DNA of 64,000 nucleotides from the NCBI RefSeq assembly GCF_003334385.1, contig NZ_QOWN01000005.1, one strand, 5' to 3'. The position numbers were made by a program, and so were the translations under genes. The notes beneath the pieces were generated by a model. It made no database searches. It saw only the letters and a program-made list of their open reading frames with translations, and was not told where the DNA came from. This DNA is from Escherichia coli. GTDB lineage: Bacteria > Pseudomonadota > Gammaproteobacteria > Enterobacterales > Enterobacteriaceae. This document shows positions 12,286 to 29,722 of this stretch, piece after piece. Positions within the stretch are counted from its first letter, which is position 1, and each line of letters begins with the position of its first letter.

Positions 12286-12311
12286 CGCTGGCGTGTTGCT
12301 CCACGCCAGCG
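12286..12311. terminator. Perfect 10-bp stem-loop (CGCTGGCGTG ttgctc CACGCCAGCG) in the 34-bp spacer between the convergent hofBC ORF and guaC
   Basis: Inverted repeat seen directly; starts right after the fusion ORF stop codon. Confidence 0.4.
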
Positions 12312-12319
12312 TTGGGAGA

Positions 12320-13363
12320 TTACAGGTTGTTGAAGATGCGGTTTTCTTGTTCCTGCACACGAATAAACGTGGTGCGCTTGGTCAGCTCTTTCAGGCGTGA
12401 AGCCCCAACGTATGTACAAGCTGAACGCAGGCCGCCCAAAATATCTCGCGCGGTATTTTCAACCGGGCCTCGCAGCGGCAGCTTAACGGTTTTACCTTCT
12501 GCTGCGCGATATTCCGCAACGCCGCCAACGTGACGTTTCATCGCAGACTCGGAGCTCATGCCGTAGAACAGCATAAATTTCTCGCCGTTCTCCTCAACGA
12601 TGCGACCGCCGCTCTCTTCGTGGCCCGCCAGCATGCCGCCAAGCATGACGAAATCGGCACCGCCGCCAAAGGCTTTCGCCACATCGCCCGGCGTGGTGCA
12701 GCCACCATCGCTGACGATCATTCCGCCCAGACCGTGCGCAGCATCGGCACATTCGATTACCGCAGAAAGTTGCGGATAACCGACGCCTGTTTTGACGCGA
12801 GTTGTACAAACAGAACCTGGGCCAATGCCAACTTTAACGATATCGGCACCTGAGAGGATAAGCTCCTCACACATTTCACCAGTCACTACGTTACCAGCAC
12901 AAATGGTTTTGGTCGGCCACGCTTCACGCGCTTTCGCAACGAACTGCACGAAGTGTTCGGAATAACCATTCGCCACGTCAATACAAACGAAGTTTAATGC
13001 CGGGTTCAGGTCGAGAATCTGTTTAGTTTTTTCGAAATCCGCATCAGACGTACCGGTAGAAACCATCACATGTTTCAGCACATCAGCGGAAGAATTGTTG
13101 ATAAACGCTTGCCACTCTTCGACAGAATAGTGTTTATGCACAGCAGTCAAAATATCAAAAGAAGCCAGCGCAGAGGCCATAGAAAATGTGCCTACGGTGT
13201 CCATATTTGCGGCGATAATCGGCACGCCGGACCAGCTCTGACCTGAATGTTTGAAGGTGAATTGACGTTCCAGTTCAACATCGGAACGGCTTTTAAGAGT
13301 GGAGCGTTTAGGGCGGATGAGAACGTCTTTAAAACCTAACTTCAGATCTTCTTCAATACGCAT
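12320..13363 (-). CDS. guaC: GMP reductase
   Basis: 347-aa ORF beginning [33 protein letters not shown]; IMPDH/GMPR TIM-barrel motifs. Confidence 0.96.
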
Positions 13364-13587
13364 GTGCGGATTCCTGGGGTTAATGGCTATAAGGGTAAGA
13401 GCGCAACTCCAGTGACGCTATCATACGCACTAATCAATGCGGCGCAAGACTGCGAAATTGTCTTTTTTTACGCTACAATCCCATAAATTTACCTGGTAAA
13501 TAGTGAGCGAACGTTTCATCAATTTCGCTTTCGTGCACTCATTTTTAACGTTTTGATAATCATGATGAATTCCCGGGAATATAAATT

Positions 13588-14208
13588 ATGAGGTATATAG
13601 TTGCCTTAACGGGAGGCATTGGCAGTGGCAAGAGTACCGTTGCCAATGCGTTTGCTGATCTCGGAATTAACGTCATTGATGCCGATATTATTGCGCGTCA
13701 GGTGGTTGAACCAGGTGCACCTGCGCTACATGCCATTGCTGATCACTTTGGCGCTAACATGATTGCTGCTGATGGAACATTGCAGCGCCGGGCCTTGCGC
13801 GAGCGGATCTTCGCCAACCCGGAAGAGAAAAACTGGCTTAACGCCCTGCTGCATCCGCTGATTCAGCAAGAGACGCAACACCAGATCCAGCAAGCTACTT
13901 CCCCCTATGTACTGTGGGTTGTGCCATTGCTGGTAGAAAACTCACTGTATAAAAAAGCGAATCGAGTGCTTGTGGTGGATGTCAGCCCAGAAACGCAACT
14001 TAAGCGCACCATGCAGCGCGATGATGTAACTCGCGAGCATGTCGAACAAATCCTTGCTGCTCAGGCAACGCGCGAAGCCCGCCTTGCCGTGGCAGATGAC
14101 GTCATTGATAATAACGGCGCACCGGATGCTATCGCATCGGATGTTGCCCGCCTGCACGCACACTATTTGCAGCTTGCGTCGCAGTTTGTCTCACAGGAAA
14201 AACCGTAA
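13588..14208 (+). CDS. coaE: Dephospho-CoA kinase
   Basis: 206-aa ORF with P-loop [19 protein letters not shown]. Confidence 0.95.
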
Positions 14209-14951
14209 TGCAGACCCAGGTCCTTTTTGAACATCCACTAAATGAAAAAATGCGTACATGGCTGCGCATTGAGTTTTTGATTCAGCAACTCACCGTTAAT
14301 TTACCCATCGTTGACCACGCTGGCGCGCTGCATTTCTTCCGTAATGTCAGTGAATTACTGGATGTTTTCGAGCGCGGCGAAGTCCGCACTGAGCTGTTGA
14401 AAGAACTTGACCGGCAGCAACGTAAACTCCAGACCTGGATTGGCGTGCCTGGCGTGGACCAGAGCCGTATTGAAGCATTAATTCAGCAGTTAAAAGCGGC
14501 GGGGAGCGTATTAATTTCCGCGCCGCGTATCGGGCAATTTCTGCGTGAAGATCGTTTGATTGCTCTGGTGCGTCAGCGACTGAGCATCCCAGGCGGCTGT
14601 TGCAGCTTTGATTTACCTACATTGCACATTTGGCTGCATCTACCCCAGGCGCAGCGCGACAGCCAGGTAGAAACCTGGATTGCCAGCCTGAACCCGCTCA
14701 CCCAGGCACTTACCATGGTGCTGGATTTAATTCGCCAGTCGGCCCCCTTCCGTAAACAAACCAGCCTGAATGGTTTTTATCAGGATAACGGTGGCGATGC
14801 CGACTTGCTGCGCCTGAATCTGTCGCTCGATTCACAGCTTTATCCGCAAATTTCCGGACATAAGAGCCGTTTTGCCATTCGTTTTATGCCGCTGGACACT
14901 GAAAACGGACAGGTACCGGAACGTCTGGATTTCGAACTGGCCTGTTGCTAA
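14208..14951 (+). CDS. zapD: Cell division factor ZapD (YacF)
   Basis: 247-aa ORF beginning [23 protein letters not shown]; start overlaps the coaE stop (TAATG). Confidence 0.94.
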
Positions 14952-14960
14952 GGAGTAAAA

Positions 14961-15158
14961 ATGTCAGAAACTATTACGGTGAATTGCCCAACCTGCGGGA
15001 AAACGGTGGTGTGGGGTGAAATCAGCCCGTTTCGGCCATTTTGCTCCAAACGTTGTCAGCTGATCGACCTCGGAGAATGGGCTGCTGAAGAAAAACGAAT
15101 CCCCAGCAGTGGCGATCTTTCCGAAAGCGATGACTGGAGCGAAGAACCAAAGCAGTGA
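14961..15158 (+). CDS. yacG: DNA gyrase inhibitor YacG (zinc-finger protein)
   Basis: 65-aa [43 protein letters not shown] with a C4 zinc-binding motif. Confidence 0.93.
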
Positions 15159-15164
15159 CATTTG

Positions 15165-15373
<209 letters not shown>

Positions 15374-15377
<4 letters not shown>

Positions 15378-15763
15378 AGACGTTTAAGCTTCGCAATTAC
15401 CGGTTCATTGGCTGGCGGAAAATCATCGGCATTAAGACCGACCAGCGACATCCACTCACCGGGTTGCCCTTCTTTACCCCACGGCTCCCCTTCCCAGCGT
15501 TCGACCAGCCAAAACCACAGTGTTATATGCCTGTCCGGGAATTCATATTCCAGTTTTTCAAATAGCGAAAAATGTTGGGGGGTAATCCCGACTTCTTCCT
15601 GAAGTTCACGCACCACCGCCTGTTCCGGCGTTTCACCCATTTCAATTTTACCGCCGGGAAACTCCAGTTTATTCGCCATGTGCGCATCTGCTGCGCGACG
15701 CGTTATAAAGATTTCATTGTTCTCGTTGCGAATAATACCTACCGCAATTTGCAGCTTTTTCAT
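15374..15763 (-). CDS. mutT: 8-oxo-dGTP diphosphatase (Nudix)
   Basis: 129-aa ORF beginning MKKLQIAVGIIRNENNEIFITRRAADAHMANKLEFPGGKIEMGETPEQAVVRELQEEVG (Nudix box). Confidence 0.95.
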
Positions 15764-15822
15764 TGTCTTAAACCTATAAAAAAGGCGCAGAATCCTGCGC
15801 CTTTTACTTCAACAGTTAGCTT

Positions 15823-18528
15823 TTATTGCAGGCGGCCATGGCACTGCTTGTATTTTTTACCAGAACCGCACGGGCAAGGATCGTTACGTCCTACTTTGCG
15901 CTCTCCGGTTTGCGCCGCCAGTGCAGCTGCGGCTGCAGAGTCGTCATCCTGATGGCTAAGCTGCTGCATTTGCGCTAAACGCTCGGCTTCCATACGACGC
16001 TGTTGTTCCAGCTCCTCAACCTCTTCAGGCATACGTACCTGAACTTTGCTCAGCGTACTGATAACTTCATATTTCAACGACTCCAGCATCGCTGCAAACA
16101 TGGAGAACGATTCACGTTTGTATTCCTGCTTCGGATCTTTCTGTGCGTAGCCACGCAGGTGGATACCCTGACGCAGATAGTCCATCGCTGCCAGGTGCTC
16201 TTTCCACAGGGAGTCAAGCGTTTGCAGCATGACGCCTTTCTCGAAGTGACGCATCATCTCAGCACCAACCACTTCTTCTTTACGCTGATACACTTCGATG
16301 GACTGCGCCAGAATGCGCTCACGCAGCGTCTCTTCATGCAGTTCTGGTTCTTTATCCAGCCACTCGGCAATTGGCAAATCGAGGTCGAAATCGTTCTTCA
16401 GACGTTCCTGCAGCCCCGGAATATCCCACATTTCTTCCAGCGACTGTGGTGGAATGTAGGCATCAATGGTCGCTTTGAACACATCTTCACGAATGCTGTT
16501 AATGGTTTCGCTCACATCGCTGACATCCAACAGTTCGTTACGCTGGGAGTAAATGGCGCGACGCTGATCGTTAGCCACGTCATCATATTCCAGCAGTTGC
16601 TTACGAATGTCGAAGTTACGGCTTTCAACTTTACGCTGGGCGTTGGCAATCGCTTTAGTCACCCACGGGTGTTCAATGGCTTCGCCTGGCTTCATACCCA
16701 GTTTACGCATCATGCCGGATACTCGGTCGGAAGCAAAAATACGCATCAGCGCATCTTCCATCGACAGGTAGAAACGGGAAGAACCAGCATCCCCCTGACG
16801 ACCAGAACGACCGCGCAACTGGTTATCGATACGACGGGATTCGTGACGCTCGGTACCGATGATATGCAGGCCACCTGCTTCCAGTACCGCATCGTGACGT
16901 ACCTGCCAGTCGGCTTTAATTTTTTCAATTTGCTCTGCGGTCGGATTTTCCAGCGCGGCAACTTCTGCCTGCCAGCTACCACCGAGCACAATATCTGTAC
17001 CACGACCCGCCATATTGGTCGCGATAGTCACCGCAGCCGGATAACCTGCCTGAGCAACAATCGCCGCTTCGTTGGCGTGGAATTTGGCGTTCAGGACGTT
17101 GTGCTTAATACCGGCTTTGGTCAGTTCGTTTGACACCAGCTCCGATTTTTCGATGGAGATAGTACCCACCAGCACCGGCTGGCCTTTCGCAGTACGTTCT
17201 TTGATATCTTCAATGATCGCCTGAATTTTTTCCGCTTCAGTCATGTAGACCAGGTCCGGCAGATCTTTACGAATCATTGGACGGTTGGTCGGAACAACGA
17301 CGGTATCCAGCTTGTAGATTGAGCTAAATTCGAAAGCTTCGGTATCAGCAGTACCGGTCATCCCCGCCAGTTTTTCATACAGACGGAAGTAGTTCTGGAA
17401 GGTGATCGAAGCCAGCGTTTGGTTTTCGTTCTGGATCTGCACACCTTCTTTCGCTTCCACAGCCTGGTGCAGACCATCGGACCAGCGACGGCCCTGCATG
17501 GTACGACCGGTGTGTTCGTCAACGATGATAACTTCACCATCTTTAACGATGTAGTCGACGTCACGGGTAAACAGCGCATGAGCGCGCAGCGCCGCCGTTA
17601 CGTGGTGCATCAGCATGATGTTGGCCGGAGAGTACAGAGACTCCCCTTCATCCATGATGCCCTCTTTCACCAGCAGTTCTTCAATCAGCACCAGACCACG
17701 TTCGGTCAGGTTCACCTGGCGAGATTTTTCGTCCACCGAGAAGTGGCCTTCGCCCTGGAAGGTTTCGGAGTCTTCTTTTTCCTGACGGATCAGGTGCGGA
17801 ATAATTTTATTCACGCGTTTATACATTTCCGAGCTGTCTTCTGCCGGGCCGGAAATGATCAGCGGTGTACGCGCTTCATCGATCAGGATGGAGTCCACTT
17901 CGTCCACCAGCGCATAGTGCAGTTTACGCTGTACACGTTCTTCAGGGCTGAACGCCATGTTGTCGCGCAGGTAGTCAAAGCCGTATTCGTTGTTCGTACC
18001 GTAAGTGATGTCAGCTGCGTAAGCTTCGCGCTTTGCCGGTGCTGGCATGCCCGGCAGGTTGATACCGACAGTCAGGCCAAGGAATTCAAACAGCGGACGG
18101 TTGTTTTCGGCGTCACGTTGCGCCAGGTAGTCGTTGACGGTAACTACGTGCACGCCTTTACCGGTTAGTGCGTTCAGGTAAGCAGGCAGCGTTGCGGTCA
18201 GGGTTTTTCCTTCACCGGTACGCATTTCGGCGATGCAGCGTTCGTTAAGAACCATACCGCCGAGTAACTGAACGTCGAAGTGACGCATACCAAAGACGCG
18301 CTTACTTGCCTCACGTACCACGGCGAAAGCTTCCGGGATCAGATTTTCCAGCACTTCGCCTTTTTCCAGACGTGCACGAAACTCTGCGGTTTTCCCTTTC
18401 AGTTCTTCGTCGGAGAGTTTTTCCATCTCCGGTTCCATGGCATTGATGATGTTGACCACTTTGCGCATCCGGCGCAGGGTGCGATCGTTACGACTACCGA
18501 AAACTTTAGTTAACAATTTGATTAGCAT
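15823..18528 (-). CDS. secA: Preprotein translocase ATPase SecA
   Basis: 901-aa ORF beginning [23 protein letters not shown] and ending with the zinc-binding tail [17 protein letters not shown]. Confidence 0.98.
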
Positions 18529-18589
18529 AATAAAATCTCAAACGCCCCGCGTTGCGGAGTTAATAAAATGAAGTAAAGGTTTATTGTTG

Positions 18590-19305
<716 letters not shown>

Positions 19306-19332
19306 GAATTTTATACGACAGTATAAATGTCG

Positions 19333-20271
<939 letters not shown>

Positions 20272-20350
20272 CTATCCAACCGAAGTGTACTATACATTCG
20301 GCGGGCCAGTTTAGCACAAAGAGCCTCGAAACCCAAATTCCAGTCAATTC

Positions 20351-21502
20351 TTAATCAGCTTGCTTACGCAGGAATGCTGGGATATCCAGATAATCCGGCT
20401 CTTTCGCAGTTTGCGGCGCATTGTCATTCACGACTTTAGCAACCGGCTTCTGCTCCTGGGTCAGCGGAGCCATCCCATGCTGCTGGTAGCGATCCATCAC
20501 TGGCTGCTGAACCTGCTTATTGGTCACCAGAGTGATTTCAGGACGTTTGTCCATGCCGATACCTGTCGCAACAACGGTTACGCGCAGCTCGTCATTCATA
20601 TCCGGGTCAAGAGAAGTACCGATAACCACAGTCGCGTTGTCGGAAGCAAATGCACGGATGGTGTTACCTACCGTTTCGAACTCATCCAGACGCAGGTCGA
20701 AGCCCGCCGTGATGTTAACCAGCACGCCGCGCGCGCCAGACAGGTCGATATCTTCCAGCAGCGGAGAAGAGATAGCCATTTCAGCAGCTTCTTCCGCACG
20801 GTCTTCACCGCTCGCCACGCCAGAACCCATCATTGCGTAGCCCATCTCAGACATTACGGTGCGTACGTCTGCAAAGTCCACGTTCATCAAACCCGGACGA
20901 GTAATCAGTTCAGCGATACCTTGCACAGCGCCTTTCAGTACATCGTTCGCTGCGCCAAACGCATCCAGCAGGGAGATACCGCGGCCCAGAACTTTCAGCA
21001 GTTTGTCGTTCGGGATAGTGATCAGAGAGTCCACATGCTTGGACAGTTCAGTGATCCCCTGCTCCGCGAATGCCATACGCTTCTTGCCTTCAAAGTTGAA
21101 AGGCTTAGTGACGACAGCAACGGTCAGGATACCCAAATCTTTTGCCACTTCAGCGACGACTGGTGCTGCACCTGTACCGGTACCACCACCCATACCCGCA
21201 GCAATAAAGACCATGTCTGCACCTTCCAGCGCCGCACGCAATGCATCGCGATCCTCATCAGCCGCATTGCGGCCAACTTCTGGATTAGCGCCAGCGCCCA
21301 GTCCTTTGGTGATACCGCTACCGATTTGAATCGTCTGTCCAACCGCTGTTTTACGCAGCGCTTGTGCATCGGTATTTACCGCGAAGAATTCAACACCTTC
21401 AATGCGCTCGCGCACCATGTGTTCAACAGCATTACCGCCGCCGCCGCCGACGCCGATGACTTTAATCACCGCGTCATTGGTAAGTTCCATTGGTTCAAAC
21501 AT
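20351..21502 (-). CDS. ftsZ: Cell division GTPase FtsZ
   Basis: 383-aa ORF with the tubulin signature GGGTGTG. Confidence 0.98.
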
Positions 21503-21562
21503 AGTTTCTCTCCGATTTGTGCCTGTCGCCTGAGGCCGTAATCATCGTCGGCCTCATAAAAA

Positions 21563-22825
21563 TTAAAACTCTTTTCGCAGCCAACTATTGAGTCGCTTGA
21601 TCCACGAGCCAACTGATGCTGTAACACGTTTTTCTACTTCAGCTTCACCGTTAAGATGTGACTCTTTCCCATAGTGAAGCAATCCCACCGCCGTCGAATA
21701 ATACGGCTCCTGAGCATAATCCGTTAAACCGGTAATGTTCAGCGGCGCGCCGATACGCACTTGCGTATGAAACACGCGCTGAGCACAGGCTGCAAGACCT
21801 TCGATCTGCGCTGCGCCACCGGTTAATACAATGCCTGCCGCCAGGTGATGTTTAACCCCTTGTTGGCGAAGCTTTTCCTGCAACTGCAATATCTCTTCGT
21901 TGACCAGGTTGAGCAGCTCGGTATAGCGCGGCTCGATCACCTCTGCCAGTGTCTGACGTTGCAGACTCCGTGGCGGACGACCACCTACGCTCGGCACTTC
22001 CACGCTCTCATCTTTTCCAACGATGGAACCCAGCGCACAACCGTGGCGAACTTTAATCGCTTCGGCGTCGCTTGGCGGCGTGCCAAAGGCGTAAGCGATA
22101 TCACTGGTCACGACATTGCCAGCATAAGGAATTACCTTAGTGTGGCGCAATGCCCCACCGGTATAAACGGCGATATCCATTGTACCACCACCGATATCGA
22201 CGACGCAGACACCCAGTTCACGTTCATCTTCCGTCAATACCGAATAACTTGATGCCAGTCCGGCAAATATCAGTTGGTCAACTTTCAGCCCACAACGTTC
22301 AACCGCTTTGACGATGTTTTTCGCCATATCGTTGTGACATGTGATCAGGTGCACTTTTGCCTGCATCCGCACGCCCGAAAGTCCTACCGGATTCTTGATC
22401 CCTTCCTGATAGTCAATCGCATACTCTTGCGGGATCACATGCAGCACACGATGCTCATCGCGCACACGCACCGATTTCGCGGTATGGACGACGTTTTCCA
22501 CATCTTCTTGCGTCACTTCTTCTTCAGAAATAGGCACCATACCAATTTCATTCTGGCAGCTGATGTGCTTACCAGAAAGCGCCAGATATACCGAAGAGAT
22601 CTGACAATCTGCCATCAATTCTGCCTGGTCAATGGCGCGTTGTACGCACTTGACCACGGATTCGAGGTCGTTCACCCCGCCTTTATCCATACCACGCGAC
22701 GGGCAGCTGCCCACGCCAATGATATTGACCATACCGTCGGGCAGAACTTCCCCTACTAAAGCGGCAACCTTCGCGGTACCAATCTCCAGTCCTACTACCA
22801 GTTTTCTGTCCGTCGCCTTGATCAT
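21563..22825 (-). CDS. ftsA: Cell division protein FtsA (actin-like ATPase)
   Basis: 420-aa ORF beginning [27 protein letters not shown]. Confidence 0.98.
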   Translation of the reverse strand: MIKATDRKLVVGLEIGTAKVAALVGEVLPDGMVNIIGVGSCPSRGMDKGGVNDLESVVKCVQRAIDQAELMADCQISSVYLALSGKHISCQNEIGMVPISEEEVTQEDVENVVHTAKSVRVRDEHRVLHVIPQEYAIDYQEGIKNPVGLSGVRMQAKVHLITCHNDMAKNIVKAVERCGLKVDQLIFAGLASSYSVLTEDERELGVCVVDIGGGTMDIAVYTGGALRHTKVIPYAGNVVTSDIAYAFGTPPSDAEAIKVRHGCALGSIVGKDESVEVPSVGGRPPRSLQRQTLAEVIEPRYTELLNLVNEEILQLQEKLRQQGVKHHLAAGIVLTGGAAQIEGLAACAQRVFHTQVRIGAPLNITGLTDYAQEPYYSTAVGLLHYGKESHLNGEAEVEKRVTASVGSWIKRLNSWLRKEF

Positions 22826-23652
22826 TGTTGTTCTGCCTGTGCCTGATTTTGTTGCTGAGTAGATTCCTCTGGCGGCAAGGGCGCCCAGCCTACTGCCGCT
22901 CCAGAGTCATAACGCAAATCAACGTAGCTAATCCGTTTGCCATCGGTTTGCGCCTGCTGCTGTAAAACCGGATAAAGTTCTACAAAGCGAGCCAAACGTT
23001 TCATCGTATCGCCCCGGCCAAGATTGAGCTTAATATCGTTATTCAGCGTCAACTGCCAGGAACGCCGCGCGGTCATCGCCGCTTCCTTCAGAGTAAATCT
23101 GTCCTTTGCCAGCATCTGCCCCATTTCGCGATAGCCCTGCAACACTTCATTGGCGCTGCCTTCCGGGCCATACAGCATTGGAAGCACCTGCTTGCTGGTG
23201 CGTTCTGGCGGCACGCTGAAGGTATTTCCTTCCGCGTCTACCATATGTTGATCATTCCACCGCGCAATCGGCACATATTCAACCAGATGAATCTTCAATT
23301 CATCAGGCCACTGCTTTCTGACGCTCACCTGCTTAATCCACGGCAGGCGTTGTTCTATTTGCGTCTGGATGATGTTGACATCCTGGGTCATAAAGGTACC
23401 CGGCTCACCCAATGCCAGGATCGACTGCCGGATATCGTCATTACGTGTGTAATGGCGTTCACCGGTCAACACCAGCTTTGAGAGCGGCAGGCGTTGCGCA
23501 TCTTCCATCCAGCCCAACACGACCCAGCCGCTCACCAACACTGTCGTTAAAACGGTCAGCAGGAAAAGGATCCCCGCCAGACGCGTTCCATTATTGCGGC
23601 GAGAAGAAACCTCTTCTTCGCTGTTTCGCGTGTTCAGAGCAGCCTGCGACAT
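22822..23652 (-). CDS. ftsQ: Cell division protein FtsQ
   Basis: 276-aa ORF with a single TM segment and a POTRA-like periplasmic domain; stop overlaps the ftsA start. Confidence 0.96.
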   Translation of the reverse strand: MSQAALNTRNSEEEVSSRRNNGTRLAGILFLLTVLTTVLVSGWVVLGWMEDAQRLPLSKLVLTGERHYTRNDDIRQSILALGEPGTFMTQDVNIIQTQIEQRLPWIKQVSVRKQWPDELKIHLVEYVPIARWNDQHMVDAEGNTFSVPPERTSKQVLPMLYGPEGSANEVLQGYREMGQMLAKDRFTLKEAAMTARRSWQLTLNNDIKLNLGRGDTMKRLARFVELYPVLQQQAQTDGKRISYVDLRYDSGAAVGWAPLPPEESTQQQNQAQAEQQ

Positions 23653-23653
23653 A

Positions 23654-26042
<2,389 letters not shown>

Positions 26043-26095
26043 TCTTTACGCCATTAACTTCTTAAATTCATACGATGCAAAAGGCATCGCTACAA

Positions 26096-27163
26096 TTACG
26101 CCCGGGCAACCCGGCTCACTTCATTTGCCACTCGCTCGGTGGCATCCGGAATGGATGCAGCGCGGGCGCGTTCTGCCATGGTTAATAAGGTTTCTCGCGA
26201 CCACCCGGCCAGGGTGTTGGCGACAGCATCCACGCTAAGCTGTGGCTGCTCGATAATTTTGGCTGCGCCCGCTTTTTCCAGCGGTAGCGCATTCCAGTAT
26301 TGCTGGCGGTCTTTATGTTGAAACGGCACAAACAACGCCGGTAGTCCTGCCGCGGCGATTTCACTCACCGTTAACGCACCGGAGCGGCAAACGACGACAT
26401 CCGCCCACGCATACGCCGCCGCCATATCATCAATAAATTCCGTCACTTTATGCTGCGGTTGCCCCGCTTCGGCATACGCCTGTTCAACGGATTGTTGCGA
26501 ACCTTTGCCGCTCTGATGCCAGATAGTGACTGAATCACCCAGTTTCGCAGCAACCTGCGGCATTGTCTGGTTAAGAATGCGTGCGCCCTGAGAACCACCC
26601 ACTACCAGCACACGAACCGGACCTTCACGTCCAGCCAAACGTTGCTGCGGCAACGGCAGCGCCAACACATCGGTACGCACCGGGTTACCCACTACTTCCG
26701 CATTAGGGAAAGCACCTGGAAACGCCTGCATCACTTTGGTGGCAATCTTCGCCAGCCATTTATTGGTTAAGCCCGCAATACCGTTTTGTTCATGAAGTAC
26801 AACCGGAATGCCTAACGACCACGCGGCCAGACCACCTGGACCTGACACGTAGCCTCCCATACCGAGCACCACGTCAGGTTTGTACGCTTTCATAATCGCC
26901 CGCGCCTGACGCCAGGCGTTGAAGATACGCAGCGGGGCAGCTATCAGTGCTTTTATACCTTTTCCACGCAGACCAGAGATACGAATGAAATCAATTTCGA
27001 TGCCATGTTTTGGCACTAAGTCCGCTTCCATACGGTCGGCAGTCCCCAGCCAGCGAACTTGCCAACCCTGAGCCATTAGATGGTGCGCAACCGCCAGTCC
27101 CGGGAATACATGTCCACCGGTTCCGCCTGCCATCACCATTAATCGCTTTCCTTGACCACTCAT
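26096..27163 (-). CDS. murG: UDP-GlcNAc:undecaprenyl-PP-MurNAc-pentapeptide GlcNAc transferase
   Basis: 355-aa ORF beginning [29 protein letters not shown]. Confidence 0.97.
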
Positions 27164-28404
27164 CGTGAACCTCGTACAAACGCCTGCGCTTTCTCCAGAC
27201 GCGTTTCATAATCAATACGCAACAGCATCATGATGGCTGTCGACATAATCAGTAAGCTCGAACCACCGTAACTGATCAGCGGCAATGTCAGACCTTTGGT
27301 CGGTAACATCCCCGCCGCCGCGCCTACGTTAACCAGCGCCTGGAAGCTAAACCAGATGCCAATAGAACAGGCGAGAAAACCGGAAAAACGGTGGTCAATT
27401 TCTAATGCTTTACGGCCAATCGACATCGCGCGAAAAGCGACGAAGAATACCATTAAAAGTGCCAGCACCACACCGACATACCCCAGTTCTTCGCCGATAA
27501 TGGCGAAAATAAAGTCAGTGTGCGCTTCCGGCAGATACTCCAGTTTTTGTACCGAGTTACCTAAACCTTGCCCCCAAAGTTCGCCGCGACCAAACGCCAT
27601 CAGCGATTGCGTTAACTGATAGCCGCTGCCAAAGGGATCTTCCCACGGGTTCCAGAATGCGGTAACACGGCGGATACGGTACGGTTCGGCGAGTATCAGC
27701 AACACAACCGCTGAAATGCCCATACCGATAATGGCAATGAACTGCCACAATTTCGCTCCCGCCAGGAACAACATCGCCAGCGTAGTCACAAACAACACCA
27801 CCACCGTACCAAGGTCTGGCTGTGCCAGCAGTAACACTGCCAACACCAGAATCACGCCCATCGGTTTCAGGAAGCCGCGCAGGTTATTACGTACTTCGTC
27901 GCCTTTACGCACCAGATAGTTGGCGATATAGCAAAACAGCGACAGTTTTGTCAGCTCCGCAGGCTGGATACGCAGCAAACCGAGATCGATCCAACGCGAT
28001 GCCCCTTTAACCGAGCTACCCACTACCAGGACGATCATCAGCAGGATGATAGATCCGAGCAGCATCGTGGCACTGTAGCGTTGCCAGAACTCCATCGGCA
28101 GACGCAGCGTAATGATCGCCAGAATAAACGCCAAAATCAGATAGACACCATCACGCTTCGCGAAGAAGAACGGATCGTTGGTTAAGCGTTGCCCTATGGG
28201 CATTGACGCCGAGGTCACCATGATAAAGCCAATCGCCGCGAGGCCGAAGGTCAGCCACAGTAAGGTGCGATCGTACATGATCAGGCTGTCGGTATCTTTT
28301 TCCCGCGAGCCCATCACCCAGCCCTTTAGCGCCGTGGAGATCCAGACCAGGATACTGAATCCTGGCAGGCGCGGCATTTTCAGGCGAGGGAGAGATAAAC
28401 GCAT
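27160..28404 (-). CDS. ftsW: SEDS-family peptidoglycan polymerase FtsW
   Basis: Track ORF trimmed by one codon to [22 protein letters not shown]... (414 aa); start overlaps the murD stop. Confidence 0.95.
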
Positions 28405-29720
28405 CAACCTAACTCCTTCGCCAGACGGGCAAACTCATTGCCTCGTTGTTCAAAGTTCTTGAACTGATCAAGGCTGGCACAGGCTGGGGAGAGCAGAACC
28501 ATATCGCCCGGCTGAACACGCGGAGCCAGCAAGCGCATCGCCTGTTCCATAGTTTCGGTTTGTTCTGCCACTTCCGGGCGTAGCGCCGCCAGCTGCGCGC
28601 CGTCACGACCGAAACAATACAGACGTACGTTATCGCCATTCAGGTAACGCGCCAGTGGGCTAAAGTCCGCCGATTTACCATCGCCACCCAGCAACAAATG
28701 CAGTGTGCCGTCTACGTGCAGGCCATTCAGCGCCGCTTCCGTACTGCCGACGTTGGTCGCTTTCGAATCGTTAATCCAACGTACGCCGTTATGCTCCAGC
28801 ACAACTTCAAAGCGATGCGGCAGACCAGTGAATGTGGTTAACGCTTTCAGGCTGCTGGCACGCGGTAACCCTGCAGCATCTGCCAGCGCCAGCGCCGCCA
28901 GCGCATTGGTGTAGTTATGCTGCCCGGAAAGTTTCATCTCTTTCACATTCAGCACTTTCTCGCCTTTAACCCGCAGCCAGGTTTCGCCCTGCTGATGATT
29001 CAGGTGATAGTCACCCATGTTGACGCCAAAGCTGACGCAGCGTTCATCCGCACCGCGAATCGGCATTGTTAAGGCATCATCAGCATTAACCACGCAAACT
29101 TTCGCGTTTTCGTAAATGCGCAGTTTTGCTGCACGATACTGTTGTAAACCAAACGGATAGCGATCCATATGATCTTCAGTCACGTTCAGAATGGTCGCTG
29201 CTACCGCCTGTAAGCTGGAGGTGGTTTCCAGCTGGAAGCTCGACAGTTCCAGCACGTACAGTTCACACTCATCATCCAGTAGCATCAACGCAGGCAGGCC
29301 AATATTGCCACCCACACCAACGTTAACCCCCGCCGCTTTCGCCATTTCACCCACTAGCGTGGTGACCGTGCTTTTGCCGTTAGAACCGGTAATCGCCACA
29401 ATCGGTGCTTGTGCTTCGCGACAGAACAGCTCGATATCGCCAACGATTTCGATTCCGGCATCAGCGGCAGCGCTTAAGGATGGATGCGCCAGTGCAATAC
29501 CGGGACTGGCGACAATCAGATCTGCCGCCATCAGCCATTCATCATTCAGACTGCCCGTGTGGCGTTCTACGGCTTCGGGTAATTTATCCAGGCCAGGCGG
29601 TGTCATACGCGTATCCATAACGCGCGGCGTCACACCGCGAGCGAGGAAAAAGTCCACGCAGGAAAGCCCGGTGAGGCCCAGGCCGATAATGACGACATTT
29701 TTACCCTGATAATCAGCCAT
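28404..29720 (-). CDS. murD: UDP-N-acetylmuramoylalanine--D-glutamate ligase
   Basis: 438-aa ORF beginning [30 protein letters not shown]. Confidence 0.97.
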
Positions 29721-29722
29721 GA

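Noticed and set aside
12286-12311. Possibility that the hofBC deletion endpoint includes foreign or mobile-element sequence
   Set aside because: The junction reads straight from ATPase sequence into platform-protein sequence with no inverted repeats, transposase fragments or composition shift; a simple deletion is the most economical explanation.
16003-17133. 376-aa plus-strand ORF antisense to secA (similar ORFs at 17419-18168, 91-1191, 950-1642, 57512-58270 and 58161-59318 are antisense to secA, aceF, araB and araA)
   Set aside because: All lie fully inside well-supported genes on the opposite strand and show biased, non-protein-like composition.
20360-21541. 393-aa plus-strand ORF covering all of ftsZ in antisense
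   Set aside because: Classic antisense shadow ORF caused by the Gly/Ala-rich codon usage of ftsZ; it has no start context or SD and the product has no plausible fold.
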